Shown: positions 1-12,659, numbered from the stretch's first letter. The stretch is 64,000 nt of DNA from Octopus vulgaris (GCA_951406725.2 OX597826.1:18662001-18726000), one strand, 5' to 3'. The notes: generated by a model not told the origin, from the letters alone. Program-made: numbers and translations.

Positions 1-165
1 TGGTTCTGCATCAGCCCCACTGAAGTTGCTATTTTTATGCATACCAAGTCCTCATTGTCTGTGATGGTCTTGGGCATCAAAAAATGAGGACTATGTGATA
101 CCTTCGCACTTTTTCCTGCAAGGTCTTAGGATCAATATGGCAGTCTGCAAGTATGGGCTGGAAAG
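1..165 (+). mobile_element. maT (DD37D)-type Tc1/mariner transposase fragment
   Basis: Translates with one frameshift as WFCISPTEVAIFMHTKSSLSVMVLGI/NEDYVIPSHFFLQGLRIN, matching the maT motif TKFPASVMVLGVVSNEG..MPPHFF.QGLRVN. Confidence 0.7.
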
Positions 166-315
166 TTAATAGGAAGACTATGAAGGAGTTGTGTTAGAGC
201 TGTGAAATCTTACATACATTAATTTCAACTCTTCTTATTAATGACTTCATTGATTATTTCCAGGTAAATTATCATCTGACTATTCAGAGAACACTTCAAA
301 AGTAAATAGTAGAAA

Positions 316-1040
316 ATAGACAAAATTTGGCATGATAGTATTATCAAGTATCTGCAGAAAAAGGGTTTAACCTCTAAGGACATTCATGCTGACATGGTTG
401 TTACATTAGGGAATAATACTCCAGCTTTATCAACAGTGCAAAAATGGGCAGCGAATTTCAGAGGAGAAAGAAGTGTTGAAGATTAACAATAATTGTGTTC
501 ATCACTTACTGATGGATGACAGGTGATTGACTATAAATCAAACAGCCAATAATATTGGCATATCCCATGACAGAACTGAGAATATTCTGCACAATGAATT
601 TGGCATGAAGGCTTCTGCTCGGTGGGAGCCACATCTGACACCTGATCAAAAGCACACCAGTTTGATCAAACACAGGAAAATCTGACATTGAGACAGATCC
701 AGCTGGTTTCCTTGAACATTTTCTCATCCAGGAGGAGTGTTGGCTTCATCACTTTGAGCCATAGACAAAGAGACAAACCTGCTCCAAAGAAGGCCAAAGG
801 TTGTTTCATTTGCAGGGAAAGCAATGGCCTCAGGTTTTGGGGATGCAAAAAGGATTGTTTATTGACTTCAAAAAGGATTGTTTATTGACTTCAAAAAGGC
901 CTCTCCATCAATGGAGAGTACTATACCAACTTACCCAAGAAAACTGATGGAAAGGGGTCTTGTTTCATCAGGACAATGCTCCAGCACTCAAGCACTTGGT
1001 TTTAATGTCTATTATGCATGACTGTGGCTCCTAACTGATT
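316..1040 (+). mobile_element. Decayed mariner transposase remnant
   Basis: N-terminal HTH DKIWHDSIIKYLQKKGLTSKDIHADMV..LSTVQKWAANF, SARWEPHL (WVPxxL motif) and LFHQDNAPA; stops, frameshifts and a small tandem duplication near 847-897. Confidence 0.85.
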
Positions 1041-1320
1041 AATAAGGCATTAAAACAAAATGACACACCCCAGACACAACAATATATACATATACATATA
1101 CGGATACACATATATATAAACATGCATACATATAGAAAGATATATATATGTATGATACATACACACATATATATATATCCATGTACAAATATATATAAAG
1201 TTATAGACATACATATATGTATATACACATAATTAAATACATACATACACATAATTACAAATACACATACAAATATATACACACATATCTATATATACAT
1301 ACACATGCTTACATATATAT

Positions 1321-1540
1321 ATTTCTTTACTACCCACAGGGGGCTAAACACAGAGAGGACAAACAAGGACAGACAAAGGGATCGAGTTGATTACATCGAC
1401 CCCAGTGCGCAACTGGTACTTAATTTATCGACCCCAAAAGGATGAAAGGCAAAGTCGACCTCGGCAGAATTTGAACTCAGAACGAAATACGGCCACGCAT
1501 TTCGCCCGGCGTGCTAACGTTTCTGCCAGCTCACCACCTT
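1321..1540 (-). mobile_element. tRNA-derived SINE, family B
   Basis: Reverse complement has A-box TGGCAGAAACGTTAG, B-box GAGTTCAAATTC and central CCTTTCATCCTTTTGGGGTCGATAAATTAAGTACCAG; homologous copies at 19788, 42630, 42835 and 57475. Confidence 0.85.
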
Positions 1541-1564
1541 CATGCTTACATATATACATATATA

Positions 1565-1690
1565 TACATACACATACCTACATAACAGTACATACACATA
1601 CCTACATAACAGTACATACACATACCTACATAACAGTACATACACATACCTACATAACCATGCATACACATACCTACATAAATATACATA
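1565..1690. repeat. 24-bp tandem repeat (CACATACCTACATAACAGTACATA)n, about 5 units
   Basis: Directly visible; gives the HTHTYITV repeat in a spurious ORF. Confidence 0.9.
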
Positions 1691-2099
1691 TATTCACACA
1701 CATGCATACATATATACATAGATGATGACTGCTCCATCTGTAGAGATAATTGCTACCTCCTTGTGCCACATTGTCAATAGCAGTTCTGACTTTCTGTCCA
1801 TGACCTCACAGATGACATTTCAGTCCTGCCGCAGATCTGCATGGCTTGAAGCAAAGGTGATGGACAAAAGATAGACTTCTAACTGTTTAGGTCTGCACAC
1901 ATTGCCACTCTTCTATCACCATAGGACTTTCAATAAATGGAATGACAAAGGAAGTCACTCAAAAGACACACCTTGTATGTCAGTGGATTATAGTGATATG
2001 CAGTTGTACATAAGTCTCTGTGATTAGTACCAAGTGACCAACCAAAGTAAGATGACCAGCAACCATGTGAAACTGCAGGTTCACATCAGATTTACATAT

Positions 2100-5000
2100 A
2101 GATGAGACAGCGTGGATGGATTGAGAGGGAGAAGGATGGATAAATAAAGAGCTGGATAGGGAAAGATGCAGGGATACAGAGATGGAAAGGTAAAGTGGTG
2201 CATGGATGGACAGAGAGACAGGTGGATGGAGAGTGAGATGGACAGATGGATGGATGGAGATGGATTGATGGATGGAGACAGAGATGGATTGATAGAAGGA
2301 GACAGAGACGGCTCGATAAAAGGAGATGGATTGATGGAGGGAGAAAGAGAAAAATTGATGAATGGAGAGAGAGAAATAAATGGATGGATGGAGAGTGAAA
2401 TGGATGGATAGAATGGAGAGAGAGAAAAATAGATGAATGGATAGAGAGATTGATGGATAGAAAGAGAGAAAGAGAGAGATGGATAGTGGAGACAGAGATG
2501 AATCAATGAATGGAGAAAGAGAGATGGATGGGTAGGGAGAGAAAAATAGATGAATAGGGAGAGAGAGATGGATGGATGGGTGCATAGAGAGACATGGAGA
2601 AAGAGAGAGAGAGAGAAAAAGATAGGGAAAGATGCATGGATATAGAGATGGAAAGGCAAAGTGATGCATGGACAAGAGAGAAGGATGGATGGATAAAAAG
2701 AGAGAAAGAGAGAGAGATGGATGGAGAGAGACACATGGATGAATGGACAGAGACAGATGGATGGTGCAGACAGAGATGAATCAATGGATGGAGAAAGAGA
2801 AATGGCTGGGTAGGGAAACAAAAAAGTGATGCATGGACGAGAGAGAAGGATAGATGGACAGAGAGAGATGGATGACTGGATAGAGAGACAGGTGGATGAA
2901 TGGATGGAGACAAAGACGGATAGTTGGAAGGAGAAAGAGAGATGGATGAATGCAGAGAAAACTGAGGAATGGAGAGAGAGAGAACTGAATGGATGGAGAG
3001 TGAGATGGATAGAAGGATGGAGAGAAAGAAAAACAGATGAATGGATAAAGAGAGATTGATAGATGGATGGAAAGAGGGACAGATGGATGGAGAGAGACAA
3101 AGATGAATCAATGAATGGAGAAAGAGAAATGGAAGGGTAGAGAGAGAAAAATAAATGAATAGAGAGAGAGAGAGAGATAGAGAGAGAGAGAGAAATGGAT
3201 TGGTGGATGGATAGATGGGAGAGAGAGAGAGAGAGAGAGAGATGGATGGATAGAGAGAAACTGATGGAAGGATTGAGAGGATGGAGAAGGAAAGAGAGGG
3301 AGAGATGGATGGACTGATGGAGAGACAAGGGATGGAAGGAGACAGAGAGAGAGACATGGATGGAGATGTATGAATGGATGGACAAAGAAAGATGGATGGA
3401 AGGAGAGAGAGAGAGAGAGAGAGATGGAAGGATGAAGATGGGGAGATGGATGAATGGATGGATGGAGAGAAGAATGGAAAGAGAGAGAGAAGGATGGATG
3501 GGAGTGAGAGAAGAATGGATGGGGAGAGAGAAGGATGAATGGGGAGAGAGAGAGAAGGATGGATGGGGAGAAAGAGAGAAGGACAGATGGGAGAGAGAGA
3601 GAGAGAGAGAGAGATGGATGGATAGGGAGAGGATGGATGGGGAGAGAGAGAAGGATGGATGGGAGAGAGAGAGAGATGGATGGATGGGGAGAGAGAGAAA
3701 CGTGGATGAAGGAAGAGAGGGAAAGCTGGATGGAAAGAGAGAGAAGGATGGATTGAGAGAGTGATAGAGAGAAGGATGGATCAATGGAGAAATAGGGAAA
3801 TATGGATCAAAGGAGACAGAGAAGGGAGGATGAATGCAGAGAAAGTGAAGCATAGATGGATGGATGGAGAAAGAATGATGAATGAATGGAAAGAGAAGGG
3901 AGGATGGATGGAGAGAGAGGGAAGGATGGGTAGAGTGAGAGATGGACTGATGAAGAGAAGGAGAGACGGATGAAGATAGACATATTGAGAGAAATGGATG
4001 GCTTGATAGAGGAGATGGGTAGAGGAGGGAGAAAGAGAGGGATTGGTGGCAGGAGAGACGGATGAAGATAGATTGAGAGAGATGGATGGATTGATAGAGG
4101 AGATGGGTAGAGGAGGAAGGAGATAAAATAGGAGAAAGAGAAATGGAGAGAGAGAAAGAGTGAAGGATGGATGGAAGGCAATGGAGGGATGAGTGGAAAG
4201 AGAGATGGATGATTAGGAAAAGATAATGAAAAATGTATAGAGAGATGACATGGATAAAGATGGATGGTGATAGACAAAGAGATAGTGAGGGATGGTTAGA
4301 GATGGAAAAAAATTGAAAGAATAGATGGTCAGAGAGAGATAAATGGCTAGAGAGGGAGAGAGAGATGGAAGGATAGGGAGATGGAAATATGGATAAATGG
4401 TTGGAAGGGGTATGAGAAGTGTAGGAAATGGTTGGTTGGATGGATGATGAGTTATAGCTTGCAGAGAGATGGATAAATGGCTAAATGGATGGATGGATGG
4501 AGAGATGGATTGATGGATGGAGAGACAGAGAGATGGATTAAGAGTTGGATGGATGAATAAAAAGTGAGAAGAAAGGATGGACAGTTGGACAGAGATAAAA
4601 AGGGACCCATGAGGGGATAAGTAGACAGAGAAAAGGATGGCTAGATGAGAGATGAATGACTAGAAATATGGAGACAGATGAATGGATTGACGTGCAGAGA
4701 AAAAGAGAGATGAATGATAGTAGTATAAGCATGAGGAAGATGAATGGCTAGGAATATACATGCATAGAGGAAGAGATGAATGGATAGAAGAAGAAAGAGA
4801 GAGAGAGAGAAAGATAATGGATAGACAGAAAGAATAATGAATTAATGGACAAGGAGAGAGACAGATAAATGGATAGATAGGGAGATGAATGAATGAATAG
4901 GTGAATGAGAGAGAGAGAGAGATGAATGGATGAATAGGGAGAGAAATGAATAGATGGCTTTAAAGAAATGACTGGGTAGATAGGAGATAGAAAGGTAAAT

Positions 5001-5280
5001 ATAGACAAATAGGTGGATAGATGGATGGAGAGAGAGAGAGAGAGAGAGATGACTAAAGAGAGAGGGGTGGAAAGAAAGATGGATGGATGGATTGAGAGAG
5101 ATTGATAGAAAGTGAAAGAGGTAAGAGAGATGGACAGAGAAAGACATGGCTGGCTAGAAGAAGATGGATGGATGGATATAAAAATTGCAGAAAGATGAGA
5201 GATGGATGTAACAGAAAGTGATGGTGCCTGCATGGTGGCTAAGACAATTAGTCCAAGAGAGGCTAGCAGGTACATATATT
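2100..5280. repeat. About 3.2-kb purine-rich (GA/GATG) low-complexity tract with internal higher-order repeats
   Basis: Plus strand is very poor in C; recurring blocks such as GAGATGAATCAATGAATGGAGAAAGAG near 2495, 2773 and 3100. Confidence 0.9.
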
Positions 5281-5703
5281 AAGAGACAGGAAGGCAGGCA
5301 CCTTAGAATTTTACAAAAGAAATAATTTCACTGAAAAATCAATGGAGCTATTGTGGCGAGGCTGAGCTAAGCAACAGAACCTGTCTGCTAATGATATCAA
5401 ACCAGTGGTAACATCGCACCAACACCCACACCACAGACCATACCAGCAGCAGCATCACTGCTCACTAGGTCGTTGATAACACCACCACCACCACCACCAC
5501 CGCTGCTGCCAATATACCAGCACCACAATATAGCATCACAGACCTCCTTCCCAACTTTTTTTTACTTCACAAGCCAGTTTACATTGTTTTTGTTGCTTTA
5601 ATGATCAATACACACACACACTATAAGTATGAACACATTATGCAAGTGTATGAATAGACACATGCTTGCATATCCAAACGTACACTCTCTCGCTTTATAT
5701 ATA

Positions 5704-5749
<46 letters not shown>

Positions 5750-6373
5750 AGCGCACATGTGCTATGTATGTATTATGCTAACTGTGCAGGTCATACGCAA
5801 GTTATTTGAGTACACACATTTATGCATATATAAAGGGAGTGGGTAGCTGATTTGAAGATATACTGTGTGTGTGTGTGTACGAGTGGGTTTACCATAATAT
5901 ACAGATGTACATATGACTTAGTAACATTGTATTGCAAATATATATTGTATTTTCAAGGAAACAAATCTAAAAATTATAATGAAAATCTACTTATTTTAAA
6001 ACAATAATACATCAAAGTATAAACTATGGTAATTTTCACTCTAGACACTCTTCGTGTGGGAGTGGGGTATCTGTTCTTCTCAGATATTTAGATCACCCTT
6101 CCTTCTTAATTCCTCTCAACCCAGCATCGAACTATCGAATTATCCTAACAAAAACAACTACTACTATTGGTGATAAAATTATTAGTACCATCCTTAAGAC
6201 ATTGCCACCCCCGTGTCTAGTCGCAGTAACAATCCAAATCTTTTAAAATGCTTTTCGATACTTAACACATCTGAATGTACATAGGAACAGGTGAGCAAAT
6301 ATACATTTACACACGTATACATACATTCGTAGAAACTAAATGGGATATACAAAACATGCACAAGACTTCTCTG

Positions 6374-6408
<35 letters not shown>

Positions 6409-7619
6409 AACAAGTAGAAAGAGATTACACAGATTACGTATAGACAATCAGTTTATAGATGTACAAACACAAACATTAGGACATGATATGAAGAAAACAC
6501 ACGATCAGATTCAAGCATAGATAATCACATAGATACATAGACGGAAAGGGTGTAAGGTGGGTTGAAAAAGGAGAAAGAAAACACCTTCAGATTCCATCCA
6601 ATTTTCATGGTTAATGTTTAACATCAGTAATTAAGACATTGACCGGCTAAACGTCATGCAGTGTGTTCAGAATGGTGTGTATGTTGTATGTATATTCGGT
6701 ATTTGGTCAGGATAGTAGATGTATGCAATAAGTGGTATATGTCGGTGTATGTGAAGTAGTGTTATGGTTAAATATATATATACTTGTGTACAAAGAACAC
6801 CAACGTTAAACACTGTATGTGTTATTTAGATGGACAAAATATATCAGAACACATCGCAGCTCCATCCGATGCTAAACAATGTGTATGTATATATATGTGT
6901 GTGTGTGTGTGTGTGTACATACAGACACAAACCCCGTCATTATCATATGCTGGACTGTATAAGTGAGTTTCCTACACTCCACACCTTCCAATCAAAAGCT
7001 TAACTGCATGCGTATATCTGTTAGAGCTGGACATGTAAAGTACCCCTGCAAACACATCTTTAGACGCAGTTAAACTCTGTATTTATTATAACAGAACATC
7101 TATAGTAACCCTGCACACATTACTATCACCCACCCACCTCAGATGAAGTGAAACTATGTATCATGTACAAAGTGTTTTTGCTCCGTCGTTTCGTGTACAC
7201 CGGTGCACATCACACTGAGATGTGTATGCAGTGTACTTTTGTACATATCAAACACCAGATGCAGAACTGTATGTATATGGTGTGATGTACATGACATAGT
7301 CATCGTTTGTACCACACTGAATTTCATCATCATCAGATAAATTTCTGACCACAATTGTGTCACATCTACAATGGATGTATCAAATTCAATACATCAATAT
7401 ATATATATATATATATTGATGTATAATTGTTTTCATACATCACTTAATTACACAACAGTTTTCATTTTTGATGGAGCGAAAATAGCTTCATATAATAAAT
7501 GAATGAATAAATGAAAGACAAATCAGAAACACAAACATCACATTTATAGATTTATATATATATGTATACATATGTAATGAGAAAGAATGTGGGGGATGCA
7601 TGAATACGTATGTATGCAT

Positions 7620-7650
<31 letters not shown>

Positions 7651-7823
7651 TACTGAGAGAGAGAGAGAGAGAGATAGAGAGAGAAAGATGAGAAGTATTG
7701 AATGAAGTGAATGGTACGGATCTGTGTAAAGTTTCTTTTGTTAGATCGACAGGCAGATCAGAAATGTGACGAAAATGTAGAGGCCAAAGAAAGAAGGTAT
7801 ATATGAAAGTAGTAAATACTCAC

Positions 7824-7896
7824 AGGAAAGACCTGATGTTATTTTTGTTACATCAACTGGGTCGTTGTACGAGTGTATAGTACAGAGTGCCGCCAT
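7824..7896 (-). CDS. Probable first coding exon of an unidentified host gene (MAALCTIHSYNDPVDVTKITSGLS, phase-1 intron)
   Basis: Kozak-like gaaATGGcg, 73 nt of complex open frame, then a canonical donor CT|GTGAGT; local CpG retention; flanked by low-complexity non-coding DNA. Confidence 0.6.
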
Positions 7897-7959
7897 TTCA
7901 AGTTCCCGGATATTGAGGAAATTATCAAGTCGCAGCTTATTATCTCCCTTTAACTCCGG

Positions 7960-8531
7960 CTTCACTCACTCACTCACTCACTCCTTCCCCTCTTTCTCTC
8001 TCACTCGCTGCTTTGGCTTTCCCTCACACTCTTCCTTTTCCTCTTCCTCCTACTTTTTTCTCCCCCTTCCTATACTCTTACTCTGTCTTTCCGTCTGGAG
8101 TCTACTCCACTTTCACTCTCCCACCTCTCTCACGCTCCGTCTCCCTCACTCTTGTCTTGTCTGTCTCACAGAGATGTCCTTTTCTATCTATCACTGATTT
8201 CTTTTATTCTGTCTATCGTAATGTCTCTCCTCTCTCGCCCCCGATTTCTCTCTATCTAACTTGTCTGCCGGCCTGCCCTCCTTCTTCCTCTTCGTCCGTT
8301 ATTTATGTCTCATTCTGTCTATCTGTCTATTCACCTGTCTGTCTCGCTTTCTCTTTCTCTCTTTCTTCATGTCTCTATGTATAAACGTATTCATTACCTT
8401 TCGTCACTCATTTTCCCCCTCTATCTACTGTTTGTGTGTGTATTGATCTCTTTTCCTACTTTCGTTTTTCCATGTCTGTGGTAATCTCTCTTTTCGCTCT
8501 TCACTAGTCAATTTGTCTAACTGTTCTGTTG

Positions 8532-8592
<61 letters not shown>

Positions 8593-9365
8593 CTATTTAT
8601 CTGTCTGTCTATCTATGTAATAGAGAAAATTGTCAAAAAGTATCTCACATACTTTCTGACAATTTTTCCTCCTCAACTGCTCTTGTGTTGCTCTCTCCCC
8701 TACTTTCTATCAACCTCTTTCGATTTCATCTTCCCCTTCATTTGTTCCTCTTTCATCTCTCCTTTCCTCTTTCTTTCCGAAATCTTTCTCACTCTCTCTC
8801 CCTCTCTCCCTCTCTCTATCTATCTATCTCTCTCCCTTTCTCTCTCTCTCTCTCATTTTTGACTATGCAACTGTTCGTCTATTCATGTCTTTTTAACTTT
8901 CTTCTTTTCGTCGATTCTTTGTTCTCTCTCTCTTTCCCAGTTTTCTTTTCTCTCTCATCCTCTGTCTTTCCATTCTTTTTCACTTTATTTCTCTTTCGTT
9001 GACCCTTTCCCTCTCTCTTTCCCTGCTCTTGAATACCCTCTTATTTCGTTTCTCTATCATTCTCAGTGTCTACCGATTATCACTCCTTCCATCTTCAATG
9101 TTTCTCTCTCTCTCTCTATGTTCGTCTTCCCTTACCTTCCCTCTTACCCCTTCTTATACTCTTTTCTCTCCCTCAGTCTCTCACTATCTATCTCTCTAAT
9201 AAACCTGTTTTCCTCTTATTCATTCACTCTTCCACTGACATCGTCTCCACACACATAGATAAAAGTATCTCCTCTCTCCATCTTTTGACACACTTTCTCT
9301 CTCTCTCTCTCCTCTCTCCTCTCTCTCTCTCTCTCTCTCCTCTCTCCTCTCTCTCTCTCCCCCAT
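7960..9365. repeat. Pyrimidine-rich (CT/TCTA) tract, upstream of the minus-strand exon
   Basis: (CT)n and (CTAT)n runs; reads GA-rich on the sense strand of the putative gene. Confidence 0.8.
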
Positions 9366-9535
9366 GCAGATGTTGTTCTTCACCTCACATGTCTAACTTT
9401 CCAGATAGATAAATCAATAGGTAAGACATTACAGTAAGGAAAGCTGATGCGATCGTATTTCGACTGGTCATGGCGACTGGTATTAGGATTGGGTGAAGAT
9501 ATGAAGCAACCAGTTACTTATGGCAGTCTCTTCTC

Positions 9536-9700
9536 ACTGTTGCCAGCTTTGGCATAATTATGCCAATTTGGCATTTTCATATTTCAGTTCAACATAAGAA
9601 AAAAACATCCTATCATGCCAAACCCTATTTGGCATTATCAAACATTATTTGGTAATAATTATGGATTTATTGTAATATTAAAATAAAGTTATGGATTTAT
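9536..9700. mobile_element. Possible DNA-transposon terminus with TTGGCAT/ATGCCAA subterminal repeats
   Basis: CACTGTTGCCAGC followed by several TTGGCAT/ATGCCAA copies including the palindrome TTGGCATAATTATGCCAA; partner end not found. Confidence 0.3.
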
Positions 9701-10509
9701 TTTAATAGCTTCAACAACTCAAACTAACACAACAGATGCCTTATATTGTTATCTCAGCAATATACAAATGACTCAAACTTAGTCACTCGAATGAACACTC
9801 TTTAAAAACCAGAACATGCAAGTGTTAACACACAACGGACATTACCTTCCAGACCAATTAACAGAATAAAAAATGTTTATCCACCCCAACACACTAGTAT
9901 TAACGGATGTACCAATGTCATCACCTTTCAAGCCAATAGCTAGTGCACCGACTTTGTCAACAGACATGCCTACATCACATTCATTCTGACCAATCTAATT
10001 TTAACCAATACTTTATTAGCAGTTGTCCTAAATCCTTGTCGAGTTGGATTACTGTCATTGTTACTACTTGGTTGCTAGATAGTCAAACCTTAAGTAACAA
10101 AGGCAAAGAGATGCACCCTAGGTCTGGTACCATTAGTAACACTGTTTCTGATAGTGATTATGGAAGTGAAAGCCACAATAAACAGGGCAGAGGACAGCTC
10201 ATTAGATCACCCTTCACGAATAGTAGAGATATCCATTTATTCTATTTAACCCACACCTATAATAAAATGCAATATCAGTTCTTCTCTGCCATACTTTGAA
10301 GAAGGACCAATCTCTGACTCACAGAAGATTTCCTATTTCTTTGTTTTGGCATCAAACTAATGTTAAAAACTATATATTCTTGATTTCTATATATTTTCTG
10401 ACTTTTTGGAGTGTGCCATTTTGTTTTGTTCCTAAAACGTTTCCCTTGATCCTCTCATAACCAACAGTTTTCAAATGTTGCTGAAATTTTATACTAGTTT
10501 GTGTGCATA

Positions 10510-10725
10510 TTCTTTTATTCTTCTACTTCTTTCAGTCATTTGACTGTGGCCATGCTGAAGCACCACCTTTAGTCGAACTAATCGACCCCAGGACTTATTC
10601 TTTGTAAGCCTAGTACTTATTCTATCTCTTTTGCTGAGCTGCTAGGTTACAGGTATGTAAACACACCAACATCAGTTGTCAAGCGATGGTGGGGGACAAA
10701 CACAGACACACACACACACACGCAC
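10510..10725 (-). mobile_element. CORE-type SINE family A, 3' half
   Basis: TTTCAGTCATTTGACTGTGGCCATGCTG...GGACTTATTCTTTGTAAGCCTAGTACTTATTC is shared with copies at 12660, 15383, 49300, 55440, 56015 and 56440. Confidence 0.85.
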
Positions 10726-10884
10726 TATATATATATAGGGTATGAGAGGCATTGGTGTCAAGAAGACCCAAAGGTGTCAGGTAATGCTGAGTAAGTGCTA
10801 TGGACAGACTATAGTTAAACTCCAGGTTCAATAATGATACGAATGAGGAGTCCAACATAGGTCATGTATTAGTATGCATATATA

Positions 10885-11005
10885 TAAAAATTAACAGAAT
10901 AAAATAAAACAGAAGTCCAAGACTGTGAATAGTTTCCAGAACATTTATAAATGTTCTGAAAACTATTCACAGCATTCGATTTTTTATTTCATTCTGTTAA
11001 TTTTA
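10885..11005. repeat. Imperfect palindrome centred on ACATTTATAAATGT
   Basis: CTGTGAATAGTTTcCAGAACATTT-AT-AAATGTTCTGaAAACTATTCACAG, plus outer arms AATTAACAGAAT/ATTCTGTTAATT. Confidence 0.9.
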
Positions 11006-11269
11006 CATGTATATACAATGGGCCTCTTTCAGTTTCTGTCCACCAAATTCACCGATATACATATATCATTTTATTCAGAGTGTTCCCTTGAAGCACATTT
11101 GCTTATTCCAGTTTTACAATCCAGTTTGTGGTTGTTGTTGTAGTAGTGATGAGAAGTACATATTAGAGTAGAAATTTCTGGAAATATTGTTAGCAGAGAT
11201 GTTGTATAGCAAGACAGGAATCTGGAAAATTTTTAGATATTATTCACCATTATACAACGTTTATATGTA

Positions 11270-11420
11270 TCATCATCATCGTTTAACGTCCATTCTCCAT
11301 GCTAGCATGGGTAGGACGGTTCGACCGGGATCTGGGAAGCCAGAAGGCTGCACCAGGCTCCAGTCTGATCTGGCAATGTTTCTACAGCTGGATGCCCTTC
11401 CTAATGCCAACCACTCCACT
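11270..11420 (-). mobile_element. RTE-type 3' tail (5'-truncated LINE or RTE-tailed SINE)
   Basis: (CAT)n-CGTTTAACGTCC..CCATGCTAGCATGG..GCTGGATGCCCTTCCTAATGCCAACC; the body matches the 3' UTR of the RTE fragment at 44565-45913. Confidence 0.8.
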
Positions 11421-11955
11421 ATATATGTGCATATATGTATGTGTGTGTATATATATATATTGTTATATTTTGGGATGGTCAGTTTTTGTCTTTTTTTTGC
11501 CAAATAAACACATGAACTATATATTCGTTCTTCACTCATTTGTTACTGTTCTTGTTTTAACTGATGTCCATTCTCTGGAAATCTTTCATCACACATCTGT
11601 GGCCTCTTCAGTGACACTTTACATCCTTGTGTGATATACACACACACAGATATACATACATATATATATATATAATATATTATATTATATTAAATTAGAG
11701 ATAAAACCACTATTAGGCAAATCAAACAGTGAAAAACATAAGCCAATACATAAAATTAATTTAAAATATAAAAGTTAAAATAAAAAATTATTTAAATAAT
11801 TTAAACTTATAAATTTTATATATATATACAAATATATATATATATGTATGTATGAATATTTTTATATTTATATATTATTTTATTAATTAATTTATTTATT
11901 ATTTTTTTTTTTTAATATCAAAAGTAATAAAAGTTTAATAAAAGATAAAGAGTAA

Positions 11956-12050
11956 AACACTACGATCGTTTCATGGCTGTACCAATGCGAATAACAATAA
12001 CTTAAATTCAATTAATAATTCGAGTTATGGTTACAGTCAATCTTCAGGTT
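11956..12050 (-). ncRNA. Type-I hammerhead ribozyme motif with long stem-II insert
   Basis: Minus strand: AAC-CUGAAGA-UUGACUGUAACC..GGUACAGCCAU-GAAAC-GAUC-GUA-GUGUU; palindromic stem III ACGAUCGU; stem I weak. Confidence 0.6.
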
Positions 12051-12397
12051 AATTGAGATATTTTAAAAATAATCAGAAATATTTAAACAATATTTTTAAG
12101 ATATAAATAATATAATAATTTTACTTATAATAAGCTCTATTATCAAACTAAAAACTTAAAACTTAACAATTATGATTATATCAAAATCGATTATAATGTT
12201 AAATATATACATACATAAATATGTTTATATAAAACTCCTGGAAACATTCATAATCCAGTGCAGGATTTACCCATCGGATGAATTACAGTGGGATTGTTTA
12301 TCTCAAGTAGTCCTGGGTGCACACTACCATTCCATGCAGTTAGCTCGAACCCAGACTGTACCTGAGTGGTCATAGGGATAATTTATCCTGATACACT

Positions 12398-12447
<50 letters not shown>

Positions 12448-12486
12448 GTATATGTGTATAAGAAGGACACAAGTGGAGTTTAAAGG

Positions 12487-12623
12487 AATTGCCTTTGCAA
12501 TCTCAGTAAAGATAACCAAAAGTTCAGGCTGGCATCAAAAGCCCTATGACCATCCAAGTGCTTAACACAATTTGATGCCAGCTTGAACTTCTGGTTATCT
12601 TTGCTGAAATAACAATGACAATT
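12487..12623. repeat. Long hairpin (about 37-bp core stem, 31-nt loop)
   Basis: TCAGTAAAGATAACCAAAAGTTCAGGCTGGCATCAAA pairs with TTTGATGCCAGCTTGAACTTCTGGTTATCTTTGCTGA. Confidence 0.9.
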
Positions 12624-12659
12624 TCTTCCTCTCCTCCCCTCTAATCCTTCTTCTTTCTT

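Noticed and set aside
316-1040. SETMAR-like host gene (also 14112 and 39011)
   Set aside because: No SET domain, broken frames, and TIRs on the latter two copies.
1980-5275. Long S/L/I/H/P-rich ORFs, including the 590-aa ORF at 2081-3853
   Set aside because: By-product of the GA/GATG tract, whose complement rarely contains stops; open in several overlapping frames with no domain.
7295-7340. CUGAUGA on the minus strand as a hammerhead
   Set aside because: Part of a (CAT)n run; no stem II or GAAAC at a proper position.
9470-9496. ATGGCG start of a plus-strand CDS
   Set aside because: Stops after 8 codons (MATGIRIG) and internal donors are weak.
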